From assembly GCA_951406725.2 (NCBI GenBank), contig OX597828.1, forward strand, positions 44,950,001 through 45,014,000: a stretch of DNA of 64,000 nt, given 5' to 3'. Origin of the DNA: Octopus vulgaris (lineage: Eukaryota). Within the stretch, counting starts at the first letter, position 1. Each line of letters opens with the position of its first letter. Position numbers and translations under genes: made by a program. A model generated the notes under the pieces. The model had not been told where the DNA came from and did not search any database. It was given only the letters and a program-made list of their open reading frames with translations. This document shows positions 25,688-38,010 of the stretch, in pieces.

Positions 25688-26369
25688 CATTATTATTATT
25701 ATTATTTTCCTATTTCCTGATTTAAAATTTTTCACTTTAGTTCTGTTTTTATTTTGATCATGCCCATAGACTCCCCCTCCTCCTCCTCCTCATAATCATC
25801 ATCATCATCATCACCACCACCATCATCAACACCACCATCACCACCACCATCATCATCATCATCACCATCATCATCATAATCATCATCATCATCATCATCG
25901 TCGTCAACATCATTCAACATCCTTTTTTTTTTTTCATGCTGGCATGGGTTGGACAGTTTGTCAAGGGCAGACGAGTAACAGAGTTGCACCAGGCATGCTT
26001 TCTACATGCGGTAGCCCTTCCTAAGTGGCAACCACTCGACAGAGTGTAGTTCTGGGTGCTTTTTATTTTTTTCACCGTGGCACCAGCACTGGTACAGTCA
26101 CCAAATACCTGCAACATAAGACCCCTTAACTGAACAGGGTGAAGACTGGAGGAATAAAAAACTATGATAGAAGGAGAGAAGCAGGTTGTTTTACTGACGT
26201 GGTGAATACAGGGTTTGCCTACCTGAAAAAGTGGAAGAAGGAAAGAAAGAAAGATATTAGAAGTCCAAGTACAACATTAATATATATGTATGTGTGCGTA
26301 TATATATATATATATACACACACACATATATGTATGTATATATATATATATATATATGTATGTATATTT

Positions 26370-26706
26370 TGAGACCCCTTTCAGTCATGACTGACCATGG
26401 GATTGCACCTAGAGAGTTTCTCTCCGAGGTACAAGTCCAGGCAAGGTTGTTTTATGGAAGACCAGCAGTCGCCAATGCATACTGGCCTCCCCTCTCCATG
26501 CCACCAGTGTTATCCTAGGGATAAGGCAAAGGCCGATGCAGCTTGGCACCTGTGACATCGCAACTCATTTCTACAGCTGAGTGAACTAGAGCAACATGAA
26601 ATAAAGTGTCTTGCTCAAGAACACAACACACAGCCCAGTCCGGGATTCAAACTCACAACCTCACAATCATAAGCTTGATGCTCTCACCACTGAGCCATGC
26701 GCCTTC
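26370..26706 (-). mobile_element. SINE family C copy
   Basis: Minus-strand head gaaggcgcatggctcagtggtgagagc...gtgagtttgaatccc, then gtgttcttgagcaagacactt. Confidence 0.8.
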
Positions 26707-26710
26707 ATAT

Positions 26711-26766
<56 letters not shown>

Positions 26767-26797
26767 ATCTATCTATCTATCTATATATATATATATG

Positions 26798-26829
<32 letters not shown>

Positions 26830-26831
26830 TG

Positions 26832-26877
<46 letters not shown>

Positions 26878-27080
26878 TATATGTATGTATGTATATATGT
26901 ATAGATGTATAAACACTTATATTCAGATCCATAAAAGCATACTCATACCCAAATACATATGCACATACTTGGTATATTTACAAACACTCCAAAATTATAA
27001 AGAATTAAAATGAATGAAATTCAGTCTTTTTAAATTACATATATATGGTATCAAGTATATGTGAGGGTGTAGAATATATA

Positions 27081-27111
<31 letters not shown>

Positions 27112-27169
27112 TTGTATATATTTATTTATATATTTACATATGTAATAAATAACCAAATGTTTATAAACA

Positions 27170-27204
<35 letters not shown>

Positions 27205-27213
27205 TATACAAAC

Positions 27214-27244
<31 letters not shown>

Positions 27245-28251
27245 CATATATGAATACACATATACATACATACATACACACACACATACATATATATGTA
27301 TACATACACACATCCATATCTATATTATGCACAAGAGCAGGTGTGAATAATATGTATGCATACAGAAGTTGTGAACAGTATATTTAACAAACATATATTT
27401 AAACTTGCTATGAAATAATATGTATTAAACTCATGATATACGACCTCTTTATACCCAATTGTATTGGAATTGAATATTATAGCTTGTTATATATATATCA
27501 TATATCATATGTCCATAAAACACACTTAACGTAACAACATCAACGAGAACAACAACAATAATAATAGGTATTGATAGTTTTCAAATTCTACAAACACATC
27601 TCACTTTGAAAGTGTAGCGGAGAGCTCAATAGATTTGGATTAAACCGATGTTATAATATGATAAATTATTATAATATTTTTTAAATTAATAAAATATAAT
27701 ATGATTAAATGTAATATAATAAAATAGAATTCAAATAGAATGACAGTTGAACAATGAAATTGTAGTGCGCGATAAAAAAAAATATATTTTCCCTGGACAT
27801 AATTAGATTTAGACATGTGTGTGTATATGTGAGTGTGTGTGTGTATGAGTGAGTGTGTGTGTGTGTGTGTGTATGAATATATGCATCAGAGATACATACA
27901 ATAAATATTTGCATATTTAAATATGTACATGTAGCTTTCTGAGGCCAATATAGCAATTATTTAATTCCAAATATATTTGTGCATATATATATGTATATAT
28001 GATGTCCCCTTTTCCATGCTGGCATGGGTTGGACAATTTGACAAAAACAGATGAGCTTTTGATATAGGAAAAATTCACAACCTTCTTTGCCAATATTGCT
28101 TCTGAAAGTTGTCTTTTTTTTTATATCTTATGTGGGCTGCTTAAAGCTCACTAACCTCCTGCACCTTGGTCTTTGGATCTTACCCTTTCCCTCAGGTTGG
28201 GTAACCATGTATTTCTTTTGTGGTAGCACACCTGATTCTGTCTTCATTCCT

Positions 28252-28287
<36 letters not shown>

Positions 28288-28325
28288 CCTCTCTCTCTCT
28301 CTCCCCAATGATAATAATAATAATA

Positions 28326-28360
<35 letters not shown>

Positions 28361-28538
28361 AATAATAATAATAATAAAAATAATGATGATAGTAATAATT
28401 TCTCAAATACAACAGGTTAGCAGTTTCAATATACTCAAATATGTATTGATCTCTAATACATTCACTCAAGATTTAACTGAGTCTCTTGAGTTTTATTTTT
28501 AATCTGTGTATAAAAGTGCTCTGCCATTGTTCTTGAGA

Positions 28539-28598
<60 letters not shown>

Positions 28599-28614
28599 GT
28601 CATTATTATTATTA

Positions 28615-28851
28615 TTCTATGTTTGACTTTTGCTTTACATTTGCACAAGCTGGCTCCAAGTCTCACCCAGAGACTTCAAGAGACAACATGTTAGAAGTTT
28701 ATGTTGGTGTTATGCCTTGGGTGCCATATATTTGGTTTTGTACTTAGTGTTGTACTAGTGAATGCCTAAAAAAAACATACGAAAATTATGTTTGTTTTAA
28801 AACTTGAGATTACATAGAAAGTATTTTGCGTAGGATATGAGCAGTTCCCAT
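28615..28851 (-). mobile_element. R4/Dong-like extreme 3' end (MGTAHILRKILSM* + 3' UTR) inserted in (TAA)n
   Basis: Peptide ends ORF 28810..29016; both junctions abut ATT/TAA repeats. Confidence 0.8.
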
Positions 28852-29370
28852 TATTATTTCTATTATTATTATTATCATTATACTCCTCTTTCTTCTCCAC
28901 CTCCTTCTCTGCCTCCACATCATCATCACCATCATCATCGTCATTGTCATTCTCATCATCATCCTCTTCCTACTCCTCCTCCTCCTCCTCCTCTTCCTCC
29001 CCGTCATCATCATCATCTAGCTTCTGTTTTGTATTTTAAATATCAAATGACATTAATCACATAAATCACAGCATTCAAAAGGGTTTTGAGATAAGGAAGG
29101 ACTGTATTTGAAGTTTACCTTTTGTCTTTTTTTTTAGAGTTCAGAGCTTTTGTTTCATATAAACTACATGATGCAAAAATGAATATATTTGGAGCAAAAT
29201 AACGAAGCTAATGCATTTAGGTCTGCAAGAATTGTAATTATGTCCAGAAAATAAAATATGTATTTAATTTCAATATGTGTTCTTCAAATGAGCTTTCAAT
29301 GTTATTCCATTTACATTTTATTTTTTGATATATAAATATATGTATGCATACTTGTACGCTCTCAAAGCCA

Positions 29371-29501
29371 CTCACCTGATGACATGTGAGTACACAGCTA
29401 TTGCTGGATCATATTTGTATAATATTTATATAGTACTATGTATAATATGGAAAACTCACCAACTAACAGTGATAGCTAATGCACAGAAACTATTGTTGTG
29501 A
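29371..29501 (+). ncRNA. hammerhead-ribozyme-like motif (type I topology) with very long stem II
   Basis: tcac-CTGATGA (29376-82)...agctattgctg pairing with cagtgatagct...caca-GAAA (29486-89)-ctattg-TT-gtga. Confidence 0.5.
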
Positions 29502-29579
29502 TTTGTATTAAAGCCTGCTCATTCTGTGTTCTTGTTTTATAGATTTATATATCTGTGTGCGTGTCTGTCTGTGTGTGTG

Positions 29580-29745
29580 TATATCCTGTTAAAAGACTTC
29601 ATATTTTGGCAAAAAACAGTGCATTATGCAATAAAGTGTGATAAACTTTACTGGGGCTCAAGATTCATATAAGGGCCTCACATAATCAATGACTCATTTC
29701 AATGATTCTTTCTAGCAGTGATTTGCTCACATACGAAAAAGTAGC

Positions 29746-29750
<5 letters not shown>
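29580..29750 (+). mobile_element. RTE-like LINE 3' end, same family as 50838-51068
   Basis: Shares gtgcattatgcaata...gctcaaga.tcata.aagggcctcac...atgactcatttcaatgattctttctagca with 50938-51045. Confidence 0.7.
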
Positions 29751-29815
<65 letters not shown>

Positions 29816-29816
29816 A

Positions 29817-30307
29817 TCACTCTCGCCTCCCCCACCTCCCCTACCTCCCAACACCATCACACCACATGATACACCACTACACCATTACACCATTACACCA
29901 TACACAACTACACCTTACACCACCATACCACACAACACATCACATCACAACACACCACCACACACACATCAGCACTGACCACTTCCCAGACCCGCATTTT
30001 CACAGCTACACATACATACGCGTACACATCAAGATCATCAGCCCTCTTCCACACACACCTTCGTTTTGGAACCACTACTACTTTATTATCTCCCCTTCTT
30101 CCTAGCTCTCTTTTGTGACCCCTATGTCCGGCATTCGCCATGATAGATCACTAGCCACTACACATTATTTTCTTTCCTTGTTTCTTTCTTTGGAAGAGCA
30201 TAGGCTCAAAACGTTAAAGACTTTTTCACTTCCTGAGTGTTATACTCATACATCTGTTTGTTGTCTACACCACCCATCTTCATCTTTTGGTTTTTTGTGA
30301 ATTCTCC

Positions 30308-30311
<4 letters not shown>
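29817..30311 (+). mobile_element. longest copy of the Penelope-like repeat family, inside (TA)n
   Basis: Shares cgccatgatagatc..tagccactacaca, gaagagcataggctc.aaacgt.aaagact and tail with 22175-22391. Confidence 0.7.
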
Positions 30312-30350
<39 letters not shown>

Positions 30351-30394
30351 TTAAACATATACTGAAAATTTATATATACGAACATAAAAAAAAA

Positions 30395-30648
30395 TGAATG
30401 TTCCTTCTCGAGCCATGCCAGGCTCATAAGGGTCAGTTTCCCAGTTTCAGTGGCGTAGAAATTCCCCACCTGGACGGGACGCTGGCCCGTTGCAGGATTA
30501 CTCATTTTTGCCAGCCACGTGGACTTGAGCAACATGAAAATGAAGTGTTTTGCTCAAGAATACAACACATCGCCCGATCCTGGAATCGAAACCACAACCT
30601 TACAATCATGAGTTCAAACACCCCAGCCACTAAGCCATGTGCCTCCAC
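30395..30648 (-). mobile_element. SINE family C copy
   Basis: Near-identical to 55213-55470 and similar to 61435-61665. Confidence 0.85.
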
Positions 30649-31527
30649 TATATATGAACATACAACTCCAGTAATATATATACATATATATATATATTTA
30701 TAATTGTATTTGCACACTCATTTTCATACATGATAATATGCATACACTGACACTTCCAGAAAGTCACACTCACACACACACACACACACACACATTCACA
30801 TTCACAATCATATACAAAAAGGCATGCACATTCTTGCATCTGCTCTTTATTCTTGTATAAAATGTAAAACTTGGTCATGTTCCAGATTTTATCAGTTTTT
30901 ATTTTTTGAAAGTGAATTATGCTATGGTGAGGATCAATGTAGGAAAATCTGAACAAAATACAAGACATAAATGGATGAATCTCACAACTTCCCTCTTTTT
31001 TCCCTTTCAACCAACTGCAAATTGATCACGCTTGACGATTCTAAATACGAGTATTATACAAATGTTTTTTAACCAATACTCAATGCATAACAATTTAAAG
31101 GGACATTGCTTCAATTTAATTAAACCCAGTATATAACTGGTACCTGATTTTATTGACACTGGAAGATTGAAAGGCAAAGTCAACCCTGATGATAATTGAA
31201 CCCAGATCCCGAAGGAAAATAACTAAATGCCACAAGTCATTTTGTTCAGTGATGCTCTACCATTTCTATCACTCTACAGCCATTAAATGTTATTTAATAA
31301 TTTCTTATAAAACCAGAACATTTAAGGCTGAGAATAGTCAATTATTCCAATCCCAGTATTCTATGAGTGGTATTTTATGTTATCAATACTGCAAAAATGA
31401 AAGGAAAATTTTATCTCGGCAATATTTGGACTCAGAATATAAAGACCCATAAAAATGTGACAAGGTATTTTGTCTTACATTCCAATGGATCTGTCAAGCA
31501 TTCAGGCTTTGTAATCTGTTTTATAAT

Positions 31528-32085
31528 AATGGTTTCAAATTTTGGCACAAGGCCAGAAAGTTCAAGAAAGGAATTAAGCCAATTACTTCAACCCCAGTGC
31601 TCAACTGGTACTTATTTTATTGGCTCTGAATGAAGAAATGTAAAGTTGGCCTTGGTGGAATTTGAACTCAGAACATAAAAAAAACAGACAAAATGCTAAT
31701 AAACCCCTTGTCTGGCATGCTAACGATTCTGCCAGCTCACCATCTGTATCTGTTTTATAATATCCCTTTCTACTAAAGGCACAAGGCCTGAAATTTTGAG
31801 ATGGTGGGGGGGGGCTAGTCGATTATATTTACCCCAATATGTAACTGGTCCTTATTTCATCGATCCCGAAAGGATGAAAAGCAAATTGGACCTCAGTGGA
31901 ATTTGAACTCAGGATATAAAGACAGACGAAATGCCACTAAAAATTTTGCCTGAAATTTTAGGTTGGAGGGCTAGTTGATTATATCGTCCCCAGTGGAATT
32001 TGAACTCAGAATGTAAAGATAGATGAAATGCCACTAAACATTTTGTCCAGCATACTAATCATTCAGCTAGCTTGCTACCTTAATA
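31528..32085 (-). mobile_element. three tandem SINE family B copies
   Basis: Repeated gtggaatttgaactcag..aaagacagacgaaatgcc motif; older copies precede at 31110-31500. Confidence 0.8.
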
Positions 32086-32170
32086 ATAATAATGATGAGG
32101 ATAATAATAATAAAGGGAAATTTATTGGAGAAGGTTATTATTTTGATCAAGAGCCATCAGCCAATCTTAC

Positions 32171-32202
32171 CTGTCTTTGTTTTAAAGTGGCCTATCATTG
32201 GC
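32171..32202 (-). CDS. candidate 32-nt exon (ANDRPL* if spliced to 32290-32329)
   Basis: gttcttgtattcAG|GCCAAT...AGACAG|GTAAGA; 87-nt intron to the upstream candidate. Confidence 0.4.
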
Positions 32203-32289
32203 CTGAATACAAGAACTAACAATGGTAAATTGCTGTCATTTAATATATATCTTCATCTGAAATCCATCGTGCTGAGCGATATCTCTTAC

Positions 32290-32329
32290 CAGTTCTCTTA
32301 GAGATGGTCTGGCAATTACCAAACTGTAC
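32290..32329 (-). CDS. candidate 40-nt exon (YSLVIARPSLREL), gene unidentified
   Basis: tttggtttAG|GTACAG...GAACTG|GTAAGA; open in two frames. Confidence 0.42.
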
Positions 32330-32788
32330 CTAAACCAAACCAAACCAAACTGCAATTCCATCACTTGATAAATAGTAATTTATCTGCGAAAATGGTGGAA
32401 TGACTTTACCAGAAAGAAAATAAATTATACATCGAGATGAATAAATACAATGGACAGACATAAATATAAATTATGTTATTTAGTAATGACTTTATTTTTA
32501 TAAATCATCCTAAAACTTGCTGACAGAAAAAAAGAAAGAAAAAAATGAAACACTCATACAAAAAAAGAAAAAAAGAAATAAAATATGGAGCTGTTATATA
32601 TGATTTGGAAACATGCCAATATATATTCCATCACCTGAATTATATTAAACTCTTTTGGAAATTAAATGAAATCAGCTGAAATATCTACACTGAAGAAGGC
32701 AGAACCATTTTCAGAATGAGATGCGGAAAAAAAAAATAAAAGTAATGAGAAAGATAGAAACAGGAAAAGTATCAAGTTGTTGTTACTA

Positions 32789-32789
<1 letters not shown>

Positions 32790-32847
<58 letters not shown>

Positions 32848-32851
32848 GTCC

Positions 32852-32907
<56 letters not shown>

Positions 32908-32911
32908 GTCC

Positions 32912-32951
<40 letters not shown>

Positions 32952-33082
32952 TTTTTTTTTCTTCTTTCAAATTTGCTTCCATTTCTTGCCGAGTGTCTTC
33001 CCGACTCCTAGGGCAAAGAAACTCATTATTATTATTATTATTATTGTCCTTATTATTATTATTATTATTATTATTATTGTCC

Positions 33083-33138
<56 letters not shown>

Positions 33139-33142
33139 GTCC

Positions 33143-33186
<44 letters not shown>
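32790..33186. repeat. (ATT)n array with recurrent gtcc interruptions, enclosing a 70-bp retroposon tail (32952-33024, minus)
   Basis: Seen directly; insert reads gagtttctttgccctaggagtcgggaagacactcggcaagaaatgg...A-rich on minus, resembling R4/Rex6-type 3' ends (inference). Confidence 0.8.
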
Positions 33187-33329
33187 TACTTTTAATTTGC
33201 ATGCTTGTTACAGTCACTTGTCAAGACACACCCAGCATCTTGGGGCGAGTGAAGGATTAGCGGTGTGACTGTATGACTGAAAGCTTAGGGAGGAGAGGTA
33301 GTGAAATATCTTCTTCATGTAATACATTT

Positions 33330-33600
33330 TTATTACTTCCACCTTAGCGAAGGCAGAGGTATTGTTTTCAGTCATGTTTGCTTGTTTGTCCATGGACAAG
33401 ATATTTCAAGAACCACTGAGTAGATTCAGATCAAGCTTTCAGGGGCATTTGACCCCGTGACTGGCACGAACTGATTAGATCTTGGGTTTGATCTAGTACC
33501 AGACAAGGATTCTGGATTATTTTTCCGTGCTTTTTAATTTGTGAGAGCGGTCAGGTTCATTTTTAGTTTTCTTGTTATTATTTTTCTTTTCTTTCTGAAT
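33330..33600 (+). mobile_element. non-autonomous Helentron/DINE-1-like element
   Basis: Start ttattacttccaccttagcgaaggcagaggtattgttttc (short hairpin), then gtttgcttgtttgtcc..ggacaagatatttcaagaaccactgagtagattcagatcaagcttt, the usual DINE/HINE architecture (from memory). Confidence 0.5.
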
Positions 33601-34385
33601 TCTGTTTTCATACTATCAGTTATATCTGTATTATGTTGTGCCCTGGGAGAATCATTATACAAACAATAATAACTTATGCATAGGATCGATTCCCCTTCTT
33701 TATTATTAGTATGTTATTAATATTAATCATATCTCTCCCAAGACACAACAAAATATTTTTCAACACACGAATTCACATAAAAAAATCTTGTGAACCAAAT
33801 TCATATATGAAATATATGTGCTGCTCTCTCCATTTTGATCCGTGTAAATCCCACCTTTACAACAGTTGTATTTCATCCTTTTACATCGTCCTTAATGTTT
33901 TGGTCTCTTGTGGCCAATAAAAGAAATCATCACTATCATCGTAATCACCATCATTATTATAGTCATGTTGTTGTTATTATTATTCTAACTGCAGAAGATT
34001 AAGGTGAAGAGGGAGGCTTTACACTCCAGTGTATATACTAACAAGTAGGTGAATGGGCTGAAAACAATTTTCATAAATGAGCTTAATTAGAGATGTGTTC
34101 CCCCTTGGTCTGTAGGCCTGAGAACAGAGCAAGGAAAAGGGCATGTGCTTTTGGAGAGGACAGATTAATTCTTGTACTGGGGGAGTGAAGTTTTCCTTGA
34201 TTTGGCCCTTTAGTGACTGCCCTGTATTGAAAATCTCATGTCATGCCCTTTGTATAATTTTCGTTTCACCCATGTCCATTTGTTTTCCTTCAAATTAATT
34301 CTAACTAAACCACCCCGCCACTCCATTTTTGCAATTTGTCCTTGTAATGATCCACCATACCCTTACCCTTGCAGCAAATAAAGAA

Positions 34386-34417
<32 letters not shown>

Positions 34418-34716
34418 AAATGCTGTAAAAATTATCGAAATGTCAATCGACATAGTAAAGAAAAAGTATACATACTCATGCCCAAATACACACACACACA
34501 CATACACACACTCATGCATACATGCACACACACACACACATATACACATACACATATATATACACAGTCATATATTTATAATATAAATTTTCATAATATA
34601 TATACATGTATGTATGTAAATATATATATGTATGTGTATATATATATATATATAAGAATATATATATACACACACAAAAACATATATACACAAAACACAT
34701 TCACTTTGCATAGTTA

Positions 34717-34762
<46 letters not shown>

Positions 34763-34983
34763 CAATATATACATATAATACACACACATATATATATATA
34801 CATACATAAACACACACATATATACATATACATATATCATGATTTTGCTAAGGCATACAGATACTAATAAACAATTGTAGAATTCAATATACTTATGCTT
34901 TAGAGTAAAAGCATCAGGAAAGTACAAAGCATAATATCAATTAATAAATGACAAAAGAACAGGAATTATGTAATCACCTTCAT

Positions 34984-35066
34984 TAGCTTGCAGCTGTTTC
35001 TGCTATAAGAAGCTGCACACTGAGAGCTGAGTACTTAAACAATATCCTATAGCTTCTTCAGAGCTA
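34984..35066 (-). ncRNA. hammerhead-ribozyme-like motif in a Penelope-like relic; cleavage triplet mutated (GCA)
   Basis: Minus: tagct-CTGAAGA-a-gctatagga...tcttatagc-a-GAAA-cagctg-CA-agcta; stems I and II pair, stem III is the palindrome CAGCTG. Confidence 0.65.
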
Positions 35067-36057
35067 TATTCTTGAAAAATTGGCCATATCTTATTTCTAG
35101 CACATCAAATCATCTTATAAGACTTAAGCAATCTTTGTAAGCAATTAAATGGGCAATGCTAATTATCTAAATTTTTAAGCAAAGATTAGAATTTTAATAA
35201 TAAATAAATGTTAGTTTAATCTCAAGCCAATTTCTTGAAAGTTTAATAATTAATCGTCAGTAAATGAAGCAGAGTGACTGTGCTATTGTCCACAAGGTCA
35301 AGAATTTCGATTTTACTTATATAATTAGTATGGTGTGTTTCTGAACTGGACACCTAAATTTCATTCATTTAGGAAAGAAGAGAAGAAAGAATATAAAAAA
35401 GAAAGTACACCAGAGTCTGAGTTAGCTAGTGATGGCCTGTATCAGCATGAAAAAATTTTTTTAAAATACAAAATATCCGTTAATTCTTTTAGTTTAGAAA
35501 AAAAAAGGAAGAAATCTTCAAGTGTTTAGAGAAATGTTAATATATTTTTAAAATTTATCTTATTTTGTTTATTTTTATTTTTATTTTTTTTTAGTCTGGT
35601 TGGATTATGAGAAACAATGACAAATTCAGTTCTACTTCTAGAAAATGGTTCAGTAGATGGCAGTAAGGACATCCGGTCATATACATATACAAAAAAAAAA
35701 GTAATTTTTCTAACAAATAGAAAATGCCAAACATGCAAAATGGTAGAATGGATGTTGTTAACAATAAAAAAAAGGAAAAAATCTCTCAAAAACAATCCAA
35801 CATTTCGTGTATAAGTCTTTAACAATTTCTTATATAAAGATATAAAACAATTCGGTGTATAATAAACATAGTGAGTGGAATTGGTAAGTTAGTTAAAGCC
35901 TGGTTTTGGCAGCACTAATTACATTAGAAATATATTGTTGTTTAGCCCCAGGTAAAGCCTGGTTGAACAGATCCTATGATCAAAAATTATAACTGTAATC
36001 ATTGTCTTTTTTATTTCCCAATGTGCAAGAAACATACGACTATGTTATACAACAGGT

Positions 36058-36530
36058 GGGGAGTAATCTGAGGGAGTAATATGAGGGAGTAATTTAAGGG
36101 AGTAATTAGTGGGTAATTTTTTCTGTTGTTCAAGTTAAATTACAGTATAGCTGTGTTGTGAGATGACTGGTATGCATCTCACTGATTTGTGTTCAACCAA
36201 GTTGTGAGATTTAATAGAGGTGTCTCATCTCACTGATCTGTATGTGGCAGTGTTGTGAGATGATATCTCTTGCCAACTAATGTATAGTTGTATTTTTAGA
36301 TTTCTCATTTCACTAACTCATATGTAGCTGTGTTGTGAGATGTTGCTCTTTGCCAACTTGTGAGTAGGTGTTTTGTGAGGCATCTCTTGCAGAGTTAGGC
36401 TTAGATGTGTTGTTAGATGATACTTATTATTGACTTGTGTATTGCTGCATTGTAAGAGAGCCCTCTTTCACATGTGTATAGTAATGTTGTGAGACACCCC
36501 TTGCTGTCTTGTATTTAAGCATGTTGTTGA
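36058..36530. repeat. 13-bp tandem (gggagtaatNNNN x4-5) followed by a decayed ~39-bp minisatellite (gtagctgtgttgtgagatg core, about 10 units)
   Basis: Seen directly; recurrent gttgtgagat motif. Confidence 0.7.
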
Positions 36531-37336
36531 ATGAAGCATAGACTAAAAGAAAGGAAAAATTTACTTGTTTGTATTTTCAAGCAACAACTTGGAGGCTCTT
36601 TCCAAGAGGCAACTACTAATACCAGTAAAACAGAAGTTAACCAAATACAACCAGACACAACTAGTTATAACCAAATTGGATAAATTGGACAAAACAAAGT
36701 TACAAAATATCATTGAGGAAACTTGGAGAATGACACAGTGGGAACTTCAAAAATGGTAAATATATTTGATTAGAAACAAAACAAGAGTGGTATAGTGCCA
36801 TTATTTGCACCAAAACAATAACTTCTTTAACTCCTCACTTTGCTCCAATTCCTCCTCTCTTTTCACTTTTTTCCCAGACATTTTGCCAATAACTTTTATT
36901 TTAGGCACGTTATTGAAATGCTAAAAAAAAAGCCATTGTTCGGTGTTATCCAAACTCTTTAATAACAGTTTAATACTCCTTGTTTTTATTTTCTTTTGTT
37001 TGTCTTTTTTTTTCAAATATTTTCTCAAATTTTAAAATTACTATTATTATTATTACTATTATTATTATTACTATTATTATTATTATTATTATTATTGAAA
37101 CAAAATGAAATTATTTTAACAATTAATTGTTTATTCTGTACAACACCCAACATGCTTGCGTTATCCATATCATGGTTTTTATGAGAAAAAAAGTGACCAA
37201 CCGGGCAGTTATTATTATTGTTATTATCATTATTATTTTTGTTGGTGTTGTGTTGTGGCTTTTTTAATATTTTATTAGAAAACCGAATAAAAAAATTTCA
37301 GAACAAGAATTAGTTTAATAAAAATGCAAATAGATG

Positions 37337-37382
<46 letters not shown>

Positions 37383-37390
37383 CCATTCCG

Positions 37391-37428
<38 letters not shown>

Positions 37429-37798
37429 TGAGTGTGTGTGTATATATATATATGTATATACATATGTATGTGTGAATGTGCATATATATATACATGTGTA
37501 TGTGTGTGTATGTATATTACTGCATTGCAATAGCAAACAAACACAAGAAATAATAAATATATAAAATTATGCATAACTGTAGAAAAGGCATGTGCTTTGC
37601 TTTTATAATGAATCCTTTGCTAACATCCTCGTACATTTTTAAAACTAGGGGACTCATCCCCTATCCACCAATAACATGTAATGGTGGGTGATCGGTAAAA
37701 AAGGTTTTTGGAAATGGACAAGCAAAGTTCGTTTCTTCTTTCGCAAAATAATTTAAAATTAATATATATATATATATATATACATTTATATTTATATA

Positions 37799-37873
<75 letters not shown>

Positions 37874-37976
37874 GTATATATATATATGTATATATATATA
37901 TATGTATGTATATGTATATATGCATATATATGTATTTATCTATGTATATAGATATGTATTTATACTTACTTATACG

Positions 37977-38010
<34 letters not shown>

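Noticed and set aside
36565-36759. 64-aa ORF as exon or mariner HTH remnant
   Set aside because: Only vague similarity (KLQNIIEETWRMTQWEL); no TIRs or catalytic motifs nearby.
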